A stretch of 64,000 nt of DNA from NCBI GenBank assembly GCA_965208105.1, contig OZ242318.1:128001-192000 (forward strand), given 5' to 3'. The notes beneath the pieces are model-generated. The model was not told the origin of the DNA. It did not search any database and saw nothing but the letters and a program-made list of their open reading frames with translations. Position numbers and translations under genes: made by a program. This stretch comes from Candidatus Latescibacterota bacterium (lineage in GTDB: Bacteria > Latescibacterota > UBA2968 > UBA8231). How positions within the stretch are numbered: position 1 is the stretch's first letter; the number at the start of each line of letters is the position of its first letter. Below, piece after piece: positions 49,096 to 57,302 of this stretch.

Positions 49096-50183
49096 CAGCG
49101 GCTCTCCCTGCCTTCGTAGCGGATGCGGGGGTCGAGCCACAGGAGCAGGAGGTCGGAGACGAGGGTGCCGATCACGGTGAGGAAGCTGAGGATCATTACC
49201 ATGGACCCGGCCAGGTACATGTCCTGGTTCTGCAGGGAGCGCAAAAGCAGGGGGCCCGTGGTCGGCAGACCGAGGACCACGGAGGTGATCACCTCGCCGG
49301 ATACGATGGTGGGCAGGACCCAGCCCACGGTGCTGACCAGGGGGTTGAGGGCGACTCTCACCGGGTATTTGACCAATAGCTTCCAGGGCCCCACACCTTT
49401 GGCGCGGGCGGTCATCACGTACTGCTTGGGAAGCTCGTCGAGCAGATTGCCGCGCATGACGCGGATGAGGCCGGCGGTGCCGGCGGTGCCGATGACGATC
49501 ACCGGGATCCACAGGTGGGCCAGAAGGTCGGCGAATTTGCCCAGCGACCATCCGGCGTTCTGGTACTCGGGGGAGAACAGTCCTCCGGCGCTGACGTCGA
49601 AGACCGAGTAGCCGATGTACATGAAGATCAGGGCGAGGAGGAAGTTGGGAGTCGCCAGGCCGATGAAGCCCAGAACGGAAAAGCAGTAGTCTCCCAGGGA
49701 ATACTGGCGCACCGCCGAATATATGCCGATGGGGATGGCCACCGCCCAGGTCAGCAGCAAGGTGGCCAGGGAGATGGTCATGGTCAGCAGCAGGCGTTCG
49801 CCCACCAGGTCGGTGACTTTGCGGTTCCACTCGAAGGACATGCCCAGGTCCGGCACCTTGAACCCAGGCCAGTTGAAGCTGGGACCGCCCCCGGCGCCGG
49901 TGGTCCACAGGTAGGAGCCATCGTCTCCGCGCTCGAAGCCGAAGGGCAGCATGTTGTTGAGCCATTTCAGGTATTGCAGCAGGAAAGGCTCGTCCAGGTT
50001 GTAGCGCTTGCGCAGCGCGGCGACCTGCTCGGCGTTGACCTCGTCGCCCTGTTCCTCCAGGGCCGCAACATAGGAGGTCAGGTAATCCCCGGGAGGCAGC
50101 TGGATGATGGCGAAGGAGACGAAGGAGATGGCGAGTAGGGTGGGCGCCATCCACAAAATGCGTTTGAGGATCAGGTCGAACAT
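49095..50183 (-). CDS. ABC transporter permease (OppB-like)
   Basis: LPPGDY, DLGMSF, YVMTARAKG, DLL...LDPRIR. Confidence 0.93.
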   Translation of the reverse strand: MFDLILKRILWMAPTLLAISFVSFAIIQLPPGDYLTSYVAALEEQGDEVNAEQVAALRKRYNLDEPFLLQYLKWLNNMLPFGFERGDDGSYLWTTGAGGGPSFNWPGFKVPDLGMSFEWNRKVTDLVGERLLLTMTISLATLLLTWAVAIPIGIYSAVRQYSLGDYCFSVLGFIGLATPNFLLALIFMYIGYSVFDVSAGGLFSPEYQNAGWSLGKFADLLAHLWIPVIVIGTAGTAGLIRVMRGNLLDELPKQYVMTARAKGVGPWKLLVKYPVRVALNPLVSTVGWVLPTIVSGEVITSVVLGLPTTGPLLLRSLQNQDMYLAGSMVMILSFLTVIGTLVSDLLLLWLDPRIRYEGRESR

Positions 50184-50186
50184 CGA

Positions 50187-52217
50187 TCAGTTCTCCTCAA
50201 TGGCGTAGGCCTCGGGGGCGGTGGCGCCAGGCGTGCGCAGGGTCCAGGTGGCCACCGCGACCTCGGGCACGTTCCGGAAGGAGTCGTTGACGATGAAGAT
50301 CCTGGGAATATCGCCGACGATGCCGGTGAACCAGAGGTCCTGCCGGGCGAGTTCGAGGATCTCCCTGAATATGCGGATCTGCTCGGCCTGGTCGTCGGTC
50401 CGCTGGAGCTGCTCGAACAACTCCAGGCTGCGCATCATCACGGCAGGGGGTTTTTCGCCGCGCGCGCCGCGGGTGCGCACCCATTTTGCAAACTCGGGAA
50501 AAAACGATCCGTTGCGGGCAGGCACGTACCAGCCGTTCTCGATCAGGGGGAGCATGGCGCCGCCCACCACCCAGTTCACCACGTCGCTGAGCAGGGCTTC
50601 GCGGCGGCGCACGTAGAGCTGGCGGGCAAGTGGCTTGACCTTGGTTTTCACCCCCACCGCGGTCCAGTTGGCGGCCACCATGTGAAGCACGTTGGTATTG
50701 CCGGCCATGGCGGAAGAGGTCTCCAGCTGCAGGACCAGGGGCTTTCCATCGGGCCGCAGGCGGATGCCATCCTCGTCGCGGGCCTGCAGGCCCATCTCGT
50801 CCAGCAGGCGATTGGCGCTCTGCGGATCGAATTCGAGGTGGGCGCGGGTGTTCTCCGGTTCGTAGAACGGCGACAGAGGTGAGGGGGCGATCTGCCGCGG
50901 TTTCCCCACGCCCAGGTAGACGATCTCGTTGATGGCGTCGCGGTCGATGGCCCGGGACATGGCGAAGCGGAAGCGGCGGTCGAGGAAGATCTTCCGGGTT
51001 ACCGGGTCCTTGTGGTGCAGGTTGAAGGCGAACCCCACCATGTCGTCGCCGTCATCGATCCAATGGAGGACCCGGTAGCCCCCCTTTCCGGCATTGGACA
51101 TGAAGAGCGGGTAGTTCTGGAAGCTGATGTGGCGGCCCTGCATGCCCACCTCGCCGTTGATCGCCTTGAGGTTGATGGTCTCGACGTCGTATATCTCGAA
51201 GCTGACGTGGTCGATGTAGGGCAGCTGCCGGCCCTGGGGGTCGACCTTCCAGTAGTAGGGATTGCGGGTGAAGACCGCCGGTCGCGCCGGCGGCGGCTGT
51301 TCCATGACCCATGCCCACAACCGGGGAGTGTCGACATTGCGATAGTCGAACTTGTCCTCGAAGACCTGGTACCAGAAGTCCTTGTTCTCCCGCCTGGCGA
51401 TCTCCCGCAGTCTATCCGCCGGCACGTAGCGGGGGTGGAACCGCTTGAGATAATGGGCGGGATGCATCACGGAAACACGAGTTTCTCCGTGGTCGGAGGC
51501 TACCATCTTGAGGAACAGGTTGTGCGGCTCCCGGAAGCTGACGCGCACGGTGTAGTCGTCCAGCTTCTCGAGCTGCATCACCTCGCCGCCCCGTTTGAGT
51601 TCCTGGTCGATGACCGGGGTCAGATCGGGGTTAAGCAGCACGTCCTCGTACCAGAAGACGATGTCGTCGGCGCTGAAGGGGTGGCCGTCGGACCAGCGCA
51701 CTCCCCGGCGCAGGTGGAAGGTGAAGGTCCGGCCCCCATCCTCGATCGTCCAGCTTCTGGCCAGGTTGGGGCGGATCCCCCGGGCCATGGGATCCCAGCG
51801 CACCAGCGACTCGTAGCACAGGCGGGCGCCGAAAATCCCCACATCTCCCGGACCGGTACCGAAGCGGGTCCAGGTGCCGCCGTAGGGGCCGAGCTGCTCG
51901 CTGGGCAGGATGACGAGCGGGTCCCGGGGCAGCCGCTCTTCCACGGAGGGAAGGGTTCCCGCCGCCACCATGGGATCCCAGTAGGGCGCCTGGGTGAAAG
52001 CCCGGCCATTTTCAGCCGGCCACTCGGCCACCTCGTTGAGCGCCTGGGGAGCCTTGGGGTGGCGCTGGGGCGCCTGGAGGGCCTCGAGCTCGGACAGGTC
52101 GAGGCGGCCGGCGCCGGACAGGGCGAAGGTCGAGTAGCCGAGCAGCTCCACGGCGAGGGCAAGGGCCAGGAATACGGCTGCGATGCTCAATGCTGATTTC
52201 AATCCGGGTCCTGGCAT
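50187..52217 (-). CDS. Family-5 ABC solute-binding protein (probably oligosaccharide-binding)
   Basis: LPSVEERLP..P, YGGT, PNLARSW, LRRGVRWSDGHPFSADD, RNPYYWKVD..G.QLPYID; N-terminal hydrophobic anchor. Start uncertain. Confidence 0.88.
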   Translation of the reverse strand: MPGPGLKSALSIAAVFLALALAVELLGYSTFALSGAGRLDLSELEALQAPQRHPKAPQALNEVAEWPAENGRAFTQAPYWDPMVAAGTLPSVEERLPRDPLVILPSEQLGPYGGTWTRFGTGPGDVGIFGARLCYESLVRWDPMARGIRPNLARSWTIEDGGRTFTFHLRRGVRWSDGHPFSADDIVFWYEDVLLNPDLTPVIDQELKRGGEVMQLEKLDDYTVRVSFREPHNLFLKMVASDHGETRVSVMHPAHYLKRFHPRYVPADRLREIARRENKDFWYQVFEDKFDYRNVDTPRLWAWVMEQPPPARPAVFTRNPYYWKVDPQGRQLPYIDHVSFEIYDVETINLKAINGEVGMQGRHISFQNYPLFMSNAGKGGYRVLHWIDDGDDMVGFAFNLHHKDPVTRKIFLDRRFRFAMSRAIDRDAINEIVYLGVGKPRQIAPSPLSPFYEPENTRAHLEFDPQSANRLLDEMGLQARDEDGIRLRPDGKPLVLQLETSSAMAGNTNVLHMVAANWTAVGVKTKVKPLARQLYVRRREALLSDVVNWVVGGAMLPLIENGWYVPARNGSFFPEFAKWVRTRGARGEKPPAVMMRSLELFEQLQRTDDQAEQIRIFREILELARQDLWFTGIVGDIPRIFIVNDSFRNVPEVAVATWTLRTPGATAPEAYAIEEN

Positions 52218-52474
52218 CAGGTGGGTAAAAGCACGTTTTTCCTTTATTGTTCTGGCGGGATAATGGGCCGGGATGCACTTTGATGGGAGCAAAACCGCGC
52301 ATCGCCGGACAAATGGTTGGAGCGCTCCGCCAGACCCCGGCCGGCGTGGTGTTCCACGGCCGTAAGGCGGTCAATTTGCAAATAATCAATTCCCTGTCAA
52401 CCACCCACAGGTGGACAACGCTCACCAGGTCTGCCGGTACGGGGTTGCCTTGCCGGCGCTAAGGAGGTGGAAGT

Positions 52475-53725
52475 ATGAACCGACTGTGGTCCTATGGATC
52501 CGGCAACCCGGGAAGCCGGGATGGCAGGTTGTTCGGTCCCCACATGGCCGAGGAGAATCCCTTCGACCCCGACGAAATCGTCGTCGCCGAGCAGTGGGCT
52601 TCTGACGTTGTGCTGATCAACCGCGAGACCGGAAAATTACGGGTGGTTTTCGGGGAGCGCGGCGTTCCCGGAGGGGGAAAGCGACTGAACCTGGCGCACT
52701 CGGCACACTTCATGCCTTCCGGACCCTACGCCGGGCACATTTTGCTTACCGAGTTCCGCGGTGAACACCGGGTAATGATAGTCGAGCGCGACAAGGGTGC
52801 CGTTCTCTGGTGCTACACCGGGTGCCGTCGTCCTCTCGAGGCGATCCACTGGGACGATGATCACATCATGGTTTCCGACGGTGATGAAATCGTGAAGATC
52901 CGCCTCCGGGACCAGCAGGTGGTCTGGAATTTCCCCGCATGGCGCGCTTTCTACCTGCAGAAACTCCCGCCGCAGCCGTACGGTGCATCCTATGGGGGCG
53001 ATCTTCTGGTCCCCTTTTTCTCGTCGGACCCCAGCGGAGTCTGGGAGATCGACACCAGCACGGGAGAAAAGGTGTGGTCGTACGGGGAGAGGAAGGGACC
53101 GGGACACGGAGACCTCTACGACATGGTTTCCCGGGCGGCCTGTGCCCTGCGCTTCGGTATCCACGAGAAGTTCGGTGGCTACACCATCATCTGCAGCGAA
53201 CGCTCGCGAATTCTCTGTGTGAACCGGGACAAGGAGCTGGTTTGGGAGTTGGGGGGAGGCAGTGGGGACCATCTCGCCCCTGGGACGCCCTACGCCCTGC
53301 TGCCAACCTACATTGCGCCGACCACGAGAGGCACGCTCCTGGTCACCGACTGGGGCTTGAACATGATCTACGAGCTCGATCCGTTCCATATTCCACCGCG
53401 CTCGGTGAAGGACGCCTACCTCTGCAGGGAGGAGGAAATCGGGGATGATTTCACCGACAGCGGTACCATCGAGTCGCGGGGTTACGGCCATGTGACCGTC
53501 CAGGTCTTCAATCGACACCGAAACACGGGGTTGAACTGGCAGGTACTGGGCTCCCACAATGCAAGAGACTGGCAAGTCGTCCACTCTCCTCCAGAGAGGC
53601 TTGGCGGCGGGGAGTCGACCTGGACCACCATTTCCGAGCCGTGGAACTTCATCAAGACCCGGGCCGGGTCCGCAGTTCGGGGTGAGTCCGCGGTAGTAGA
53701 AGTATACGCCACCATGCGCCGCTAG
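52475..53725 (+). CDS. Hypothetical beta-propeller protein (PQQ/arylsulfotransferase-like repeats)
   Basis: AAGGAGG RBS; repeated xxW motifs (GAVLWCY, QVVWNF, GEKVWSY, KELVWEL); TAG stop supplied by repeat copy C. Confidence 0.6.
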   Translation: MNRLWSYGSGNPGSRDGRLFGPHMAEENPFDPDEIVVAEQWASDVVLINRETGKLRVVFGERGVPGGGKRLNLAHSAHFMPSGPYAGHILLTEFRGEHRVMIVERDKGAVLWCYTGCRRPLEAIHWDDDHIMVSDGDEIVKIRLRDQQVVWNFPAWRAFYLQKLPPQPYGASYGGDLLVPFFSSDPSGVWEIDTSTGEKVWSYGERKGPGHGDLYDMVSRAACALRFGIHEKFGGYTIICSERSRILCVNRDKELVWELGGGSGDHLAPGTPYALLPTYIAPTTRGTLLVTDWGLNMIYELDPFHIPPRSVKDAYLCREEEIGDDFTDSGTIESRGYGHVTVQVFNRHRNTGLNWQVLGSHNARDWQVVHSPPERLGGGESTWTTISEPWNFIKTRAGSAVRGESAVVEVYATMRR

Positions 53726-53887
53726 TGTCCCGTCGCAGAGATAGGTTGACGAAATTGGGCCGCCGAGGCGCCAGGCTCACAAGGCGCCTGAGCGAGTCGT
53801 ACCAGTGGTGTACGGCGAGTGAAGGCAACGCCGTGAGCCGGGATGGATCGGCGGAAAAATGGCAACATATTTCTGCGACGGGACACT
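53722..53887. mobile_element. Fold-back element copy C (inverted relative to A/B), right CTAG interrupted by the IS110 element
   Basis: CTAGTGTCCCGTCGCAGA ... TCTGCGACGGGACACT|; the missing AG lies at 55436-55437 beyond the IS. Confidence 0.9.
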
Positions 53888-53959
53888 GATATGTATTGAC
53901 GGTTGTCAACCCCCTCCGGGGTGGTCGTTTCGGGTGTTATCTTTGCATGAGTTTGTTCG

Positions 53960-54120
53960 GGAACAGAAGGGACGCTGTAGCGACGGTTGATCCGACTGAT
54001 ATTCGCGGGTTGGTTACCGCCTGTCCTGGGTGCGTCGCGGAGCGGCCTCAATCTAGAGTCGAGGGTCAGCCTGATAGGCGCCTCATAGTGTCTTCGAGGA
54101 TTCTCCTGACCGGTCCCTTC
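53960..54120 (-). ncRNA. Predicted bridge/seek RNA in the IS right end (boundaries approximate)
   Basis: Two stem-enclosed internal loops containing GACACUA/UCUAG (target-matching) and AGGACA/AUAUCAG (donor-matching). Confidence 0.6.
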
Positions 54121-54180
54121 TGTCCCGTTTCGATTTACATGAGCAAAGGTCCTATGCCGGCTTCTGAGACGATGAGCTTA

Positions 54181-55320
54181 TCAGGCGGCGATCCGAGGCC
54201 TCCTGGCCACGAGGCGGCCGGGGCGTTTCTGCTCCCAGGCGATGGCCCAGATGAAACCCAAAAGCTCCCGCGCGATCGCGGTGCAGACTTTGTTTTTCGG
54301 CATCCCTCGCCCACTCAGCCGTCGATAGCGTCCACACAGGCGTTTCTGTGCCTTCCAGGCGATGGCCTGTATGGGGGGTGCGGTCTGTTCGGCGCGTCGT
54401 TGCAAGGCGGCCGTCTTGCGGGCGGGAAAGCGATAGCACCAGGCGGCTTCCACCAGCACGCGCCGCACGTGGGCGTTGCCCGCCTTGGTGATCGCCCCTC
54501 GCTTTTGGCGGGAGCCGCTGGAATGCTCGCTGGGGACCAGACCGACGAAGGCCATCAGTTGGCGCGGCGAGTCAAAGCGGGTGAGGTCCCCCAACTCGGC
54601 CAGGGTCGTAACCGCGGTGAGCGTGTCTACCCCGCGCAGCGCCCTCATAGCCCGCGTCTCCCCTTCCAAAGACCATCCCTCCAGCGCCTGCTGCAGGGCC
54701 TGGTCCAACCCCTGGATCCGACCTTGGGCTTCCTGTACCGCGTCCACGTATTCCTGAAAGACGATCTGCTGGGCCGGATGATCGAAGCGCTGGGTCTGCA
54801 GCCAGCGAAAGTGGGCTTGGGTCCAGCGACTGCGCCCGGAGTAGATCCGGCCGTGGCGCTGCAAGAAGCTGTTCAGCCGCTGGCGCACGCGGCGCTCGGC
54901 GTGCTTGAAGTCTTCCCGGCAGCGCTCCAGATCGCGCATCGCCTCCTGCGCTTCGTCGGGCACCCACACGGGGGTCAACTCGCCGTGTTGGAAAAGCCGC
55001 ACCAGAGACACAGCATCGCGGCGGTCGGTCTTGATGCGGTCGCCCGGCCGACGCGGGATCAGCGAGGGCGCCACCACCGTGCAGGCGTGCCCCAGGGCTG
55101 TGAGCTGACGGTAGACGCCGTAGCCGCAGGGTCCGGCCTCGTAGCAAAACCGCAACGAGGTCCCACCACGGGCCAGTTGGCCCGCCAGCTTGGACAACGC
55201 GGCGCCCGTAGACGGTATCGTTCCATACAGGTCTGGCCCTTTTCGGCCTTCACCGGCCAGGGCGACGGTGATCGAATCTTTATGTATGTCCAAGGCGACG
55301 AATTTCGTAGATTTACGCAT
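54181..55320 (-). CDS. IS110 family DEDD recombinase/transposase
   Basis: FVALDIHK (D), YEAGPCG (E), KTDRRDA (DD), GLVPSEHSSG (Ser loop), ITKAGN..RR.LVEAAW, AIAREL; GGAGGAGG RBS before ATG 55320. Confidence 0.96.
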   Translation of the reverse strand: MRKSTKFVALDIHKDSITVALAGEGRKGPDLYGTIPSTGAALSKLAGQLARGGTSLRFCYEAGPCGYGVYRQLTALGHACTVVAPSLIPRRPGDRIKTDRRDAVSLVRLFQHGELTPVWVPDEAQEAMRDLERCREDFKHAERRVRQRLNSFLQRHGRIYSGRSRWTQAHFRWLQTQRFDHPAQQIVFQEYVDAVQEAQGRIQGLDQALQQALEGWSLEGETRAMRALRGVDTLTAVTTLAELGDLTRFDSPRQLMAFVGLVPSEHSSGSRQKRGAITKAGNAHVRRVLVEAAWCYRFPARKTAALQRRAEQTAPPIQAIAWKAQKRLCGRYRRLSGRGMPKNKVCTAIARELLGFIWAIAWEQKRPGRLVARRPRIAA

Positions 55321-55580
55321 GGCCTCCTCCTTCTCGCTGGGGATAGGTCTTTGGGTGAACTCCGTTTTCCCAAAGATAACCCCCGACAACCGAGTCGGAG
55401 GAGGTCTTTCATATCTCCGTCAATACATAAGGTCTAGACGTGGCTCAGCCCGGTGAGAAGGGGCAGGGCCTGACAGGCCTCCGTACCCGCTCGGCGAGGC
55501 GGGGCTTCTCCCGTGACCACAACCTTAGTACAATACCCTGGTCGATTCGGCTCCCGGTACCCCGAACTTAATCCAAGGAG

Positions 55581-57233
55581 ATGCAACGCATGGACGCAGA
55601 ACGAGAGCGAGCGCGCTGGCGCCGCCGGCGGATCATCTACAACAACGACGGCGACGACGTGATCGAAGCCCGCCCCGAGGGCGATGAGCACGACCACGAC
55701 GTCAACGAATCTCTCATGGTGCGCTCCAGCGACGATCTGGTTCAGGATTATCTGGCCGCCCGCAGCACTCCATTGATCGGCTCGCAGGTGGACAGCAACT
55801 GGTTCGCCACCGCCATGGCCGGGCTCACCTTCTCCCACCAGACCAGGCTGGGAGGATTCTACGGCAAGGGGGTTCCCCTGGAGCTGGTGGAGAGGTACGG
55901 GCGCGACCCCCTGCAGATCCAGCTGGACTTCAGCCGCGAAAACGGCATGGAGGCGGCCTGGGCCCTGCGCATGAACGATGTCCACGACGCCTTCCCCATG
56001 GGTTCGCGCAGATATACCTACGGTCTGGCCAGGTTCAAGCGGGAAAACCCGGGTTACATGATCGGCGAGGATGGCGACTGGGAGAAATTCGCGGACGACC
56101 CGGTCAAACGGGCATGGACGCGATTGGACTTCGCCATTCCGGAGGTCCGCGACCACATCTTCGCCGTAATCGAGGAGGTGGCGGAGAACTACGACGTGGA
56201 CCTCATCGGAATGGAGTTCTTCAAGTACTGGCCCTTCTTCCGCGAGTCCATGGAGTTGGATCCCGTAACGCCCGAGCACTTGGAGATCATGAACGACCTT
56301 CTGCGCCGCATTCGCCGCATGGCGGACGGGGTCGCCGCCCGCCGCGGCCGCCCGCTGCTTTTGGCAGCCCACACACCCTTCAGCCTGGAGGATTGCGTCC
56401 ACGTCGGGGTGGACCTGGAAACCTGGCTCAAGGAAGATCTGATCGACCAGTTCTGCCCCGGAGGCAATTACGAGTCGGTCCTGCGCGATTCCTACCACGG
56501 CATCGTCGACCTGGGACACAGGTACGAGGTCCCCGTATATCCCTGCCTCTCCTGGGGGTTCTGGGACCGCTGGGTATTTCACCGGAGCGACGGCAAGTAC
56601 AGGCGGTTCGACGATTGGGTAAAGAACCTGTACGGGGGACAGCCGGAGCGCATCGGCTGTCCGGAGTACGTCGCGCTGTTCAACGGGTGGGAGGGCTCGT
56701 TCCCCGCCTGGCGCGGCGCCGCCATGAACCTGCTCAACGCCGGAGCCGATGGACTCTACCTCTTCAATCCCGCCCTCGGTGATCCGCGGGTGTGGCGGGA
56801 GATCGGCGAGGTGTCCTCCATGGCGGGGAAGGACCGCCTCTACGGCATCGATCGTTTCCCCGCCGGCGACAGCTTCAATGACGTCGCCGAAGTGTACCTG
56901 AAGCCCGGCATGCCGGTAGCCGCCAGCTTTCAGGTCGGAGAGGACGTGGGGACCAGCGGTGCAAACAGGCTGGATTTCAGCCTCCACCTGTGGAACCACG
57001 CGGCGGGCGACCGGGTGGCGGTAAAACTGAACGGGACTTCGGTCCCCGGCTTGAAGCCGGCCGAGCCCGGGAGGAACCCGGAGCGGGGCCAGTGGCTCGA
57101 AGGCGAGGTCGAAGCCCGCCAGGTGAACCGGGGCGAGAACCAGTTGGAGGTTGCCGTCGAGGAACGGGGCGGATCAGCCTCCGACACCCTGGTCATGGAC
57201 TCGGCCCAGCTCCGGGTCCGCTGCGAGCGCTGA
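55581..57233 (+). CDS. Putative glycoside hydrolase (GHL10/DUF187-like TIM barrel)
   Basis: RRRRIIYNNDG, LRMND.H, LDFAIPEVR, NYDVD, G.D.ETW....LID, GADGLYLFN. Confidence 0.6.
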   Translation: MQRMDAERERARWRRRRIIYNNDGDDVIEARPEGDEHDHDVNESLMVRSSDDLVQDYLAARSTPLIGSQVDSNWFATAMAGLTFSHQTRLGGFYGKGVPLELVERYGRDPLQIQLDFSRENGMEAAWALRMNDVHDAFPMGSRRYTYGLARFKRENPGYMIGEDGDWEKFADDPVKRAWTRLDFAIPEVRDHIFAVIEEVAENYDVDLIGMEFFKYWPFFRESMELDPVTPEHLEIMNDLLRRIRRMADGVAARRGRPLLLAAHTPFSLEDCVHVGVDLETWLKEDLIDQFCPGGNYESVLRDSYHGIVDLGHRYEVPVYPCLSWGFWDRWVFHRSDGKYRRFDDWVKNLYGGQPERIGCPEYVALFNGWEGSFPAWRGAAMNLLNAGADGLYLFNPALGDPRVWREIGEVSSMAGKDRLYGIDRFPAGDSFNDVAEVYLKPGMPVAASFQVGEDVGTSGANRLDFSLHLWNHAAGDRVAVKLNGTSVPGLKPAEPGRNPERGQWLEGEVEARQVNRGENQLEVAVEERGGSASDTLVMDSAQLRVRCER

Positions 57234-57302
57234 GCCCTCCTGCAGGGCCGAGTGGGTGAGTTGCCCGGAACCCTGCTCCGCGTTCCGGAAAGGTTGAATT
57301 AA

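Larger units (their letters stand above)
53886..55435 (-). mobile_element. IS110-family (IS1111-type) insertion sequence
   Basis: CT core at both ends (53886-87, 55434-35); 13-bp sub-terminal IR TATGTATTGACGG (53890-53902) / CCGTCAATACATA (55417-55429); long non-coding end downstream of the transposase; excision restores GGACACTAGACG. Confidence 0.88.

Noticed and set aside
47950-50154. 734-aa permease ORF suggesting an OppB-OppC fusion
   Set aside because: The upstream half is an off-frame overlap of the OppB-like gene; the real start is ATG 49095.
8195-53887. Repeats interpreted as a CRISPR array, tRNA or integron attC sites
   Set aside because: They are dispersed rather than tandem, with no spacers, cas genes, cloverleaf, integrase or cassette organisation.
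53886-53909. Outward TTGACA (minus strand, 53909-53904) forming a circle-junction promoter
   Set aside because: In the reconstructed junction I find no convincing -10 hexamer at 16-18 nt spacing, so it was not called.
54052-55438. TCTAGA direct repeat (54052-54057 and 55433-55438) as IS boundaries or target duplication
   Set aside because: The sub-terminal IRs and the restored empty site put the end at 53886. The internal TCTAGA is better explained as a target-guide segment of the ncRNA.
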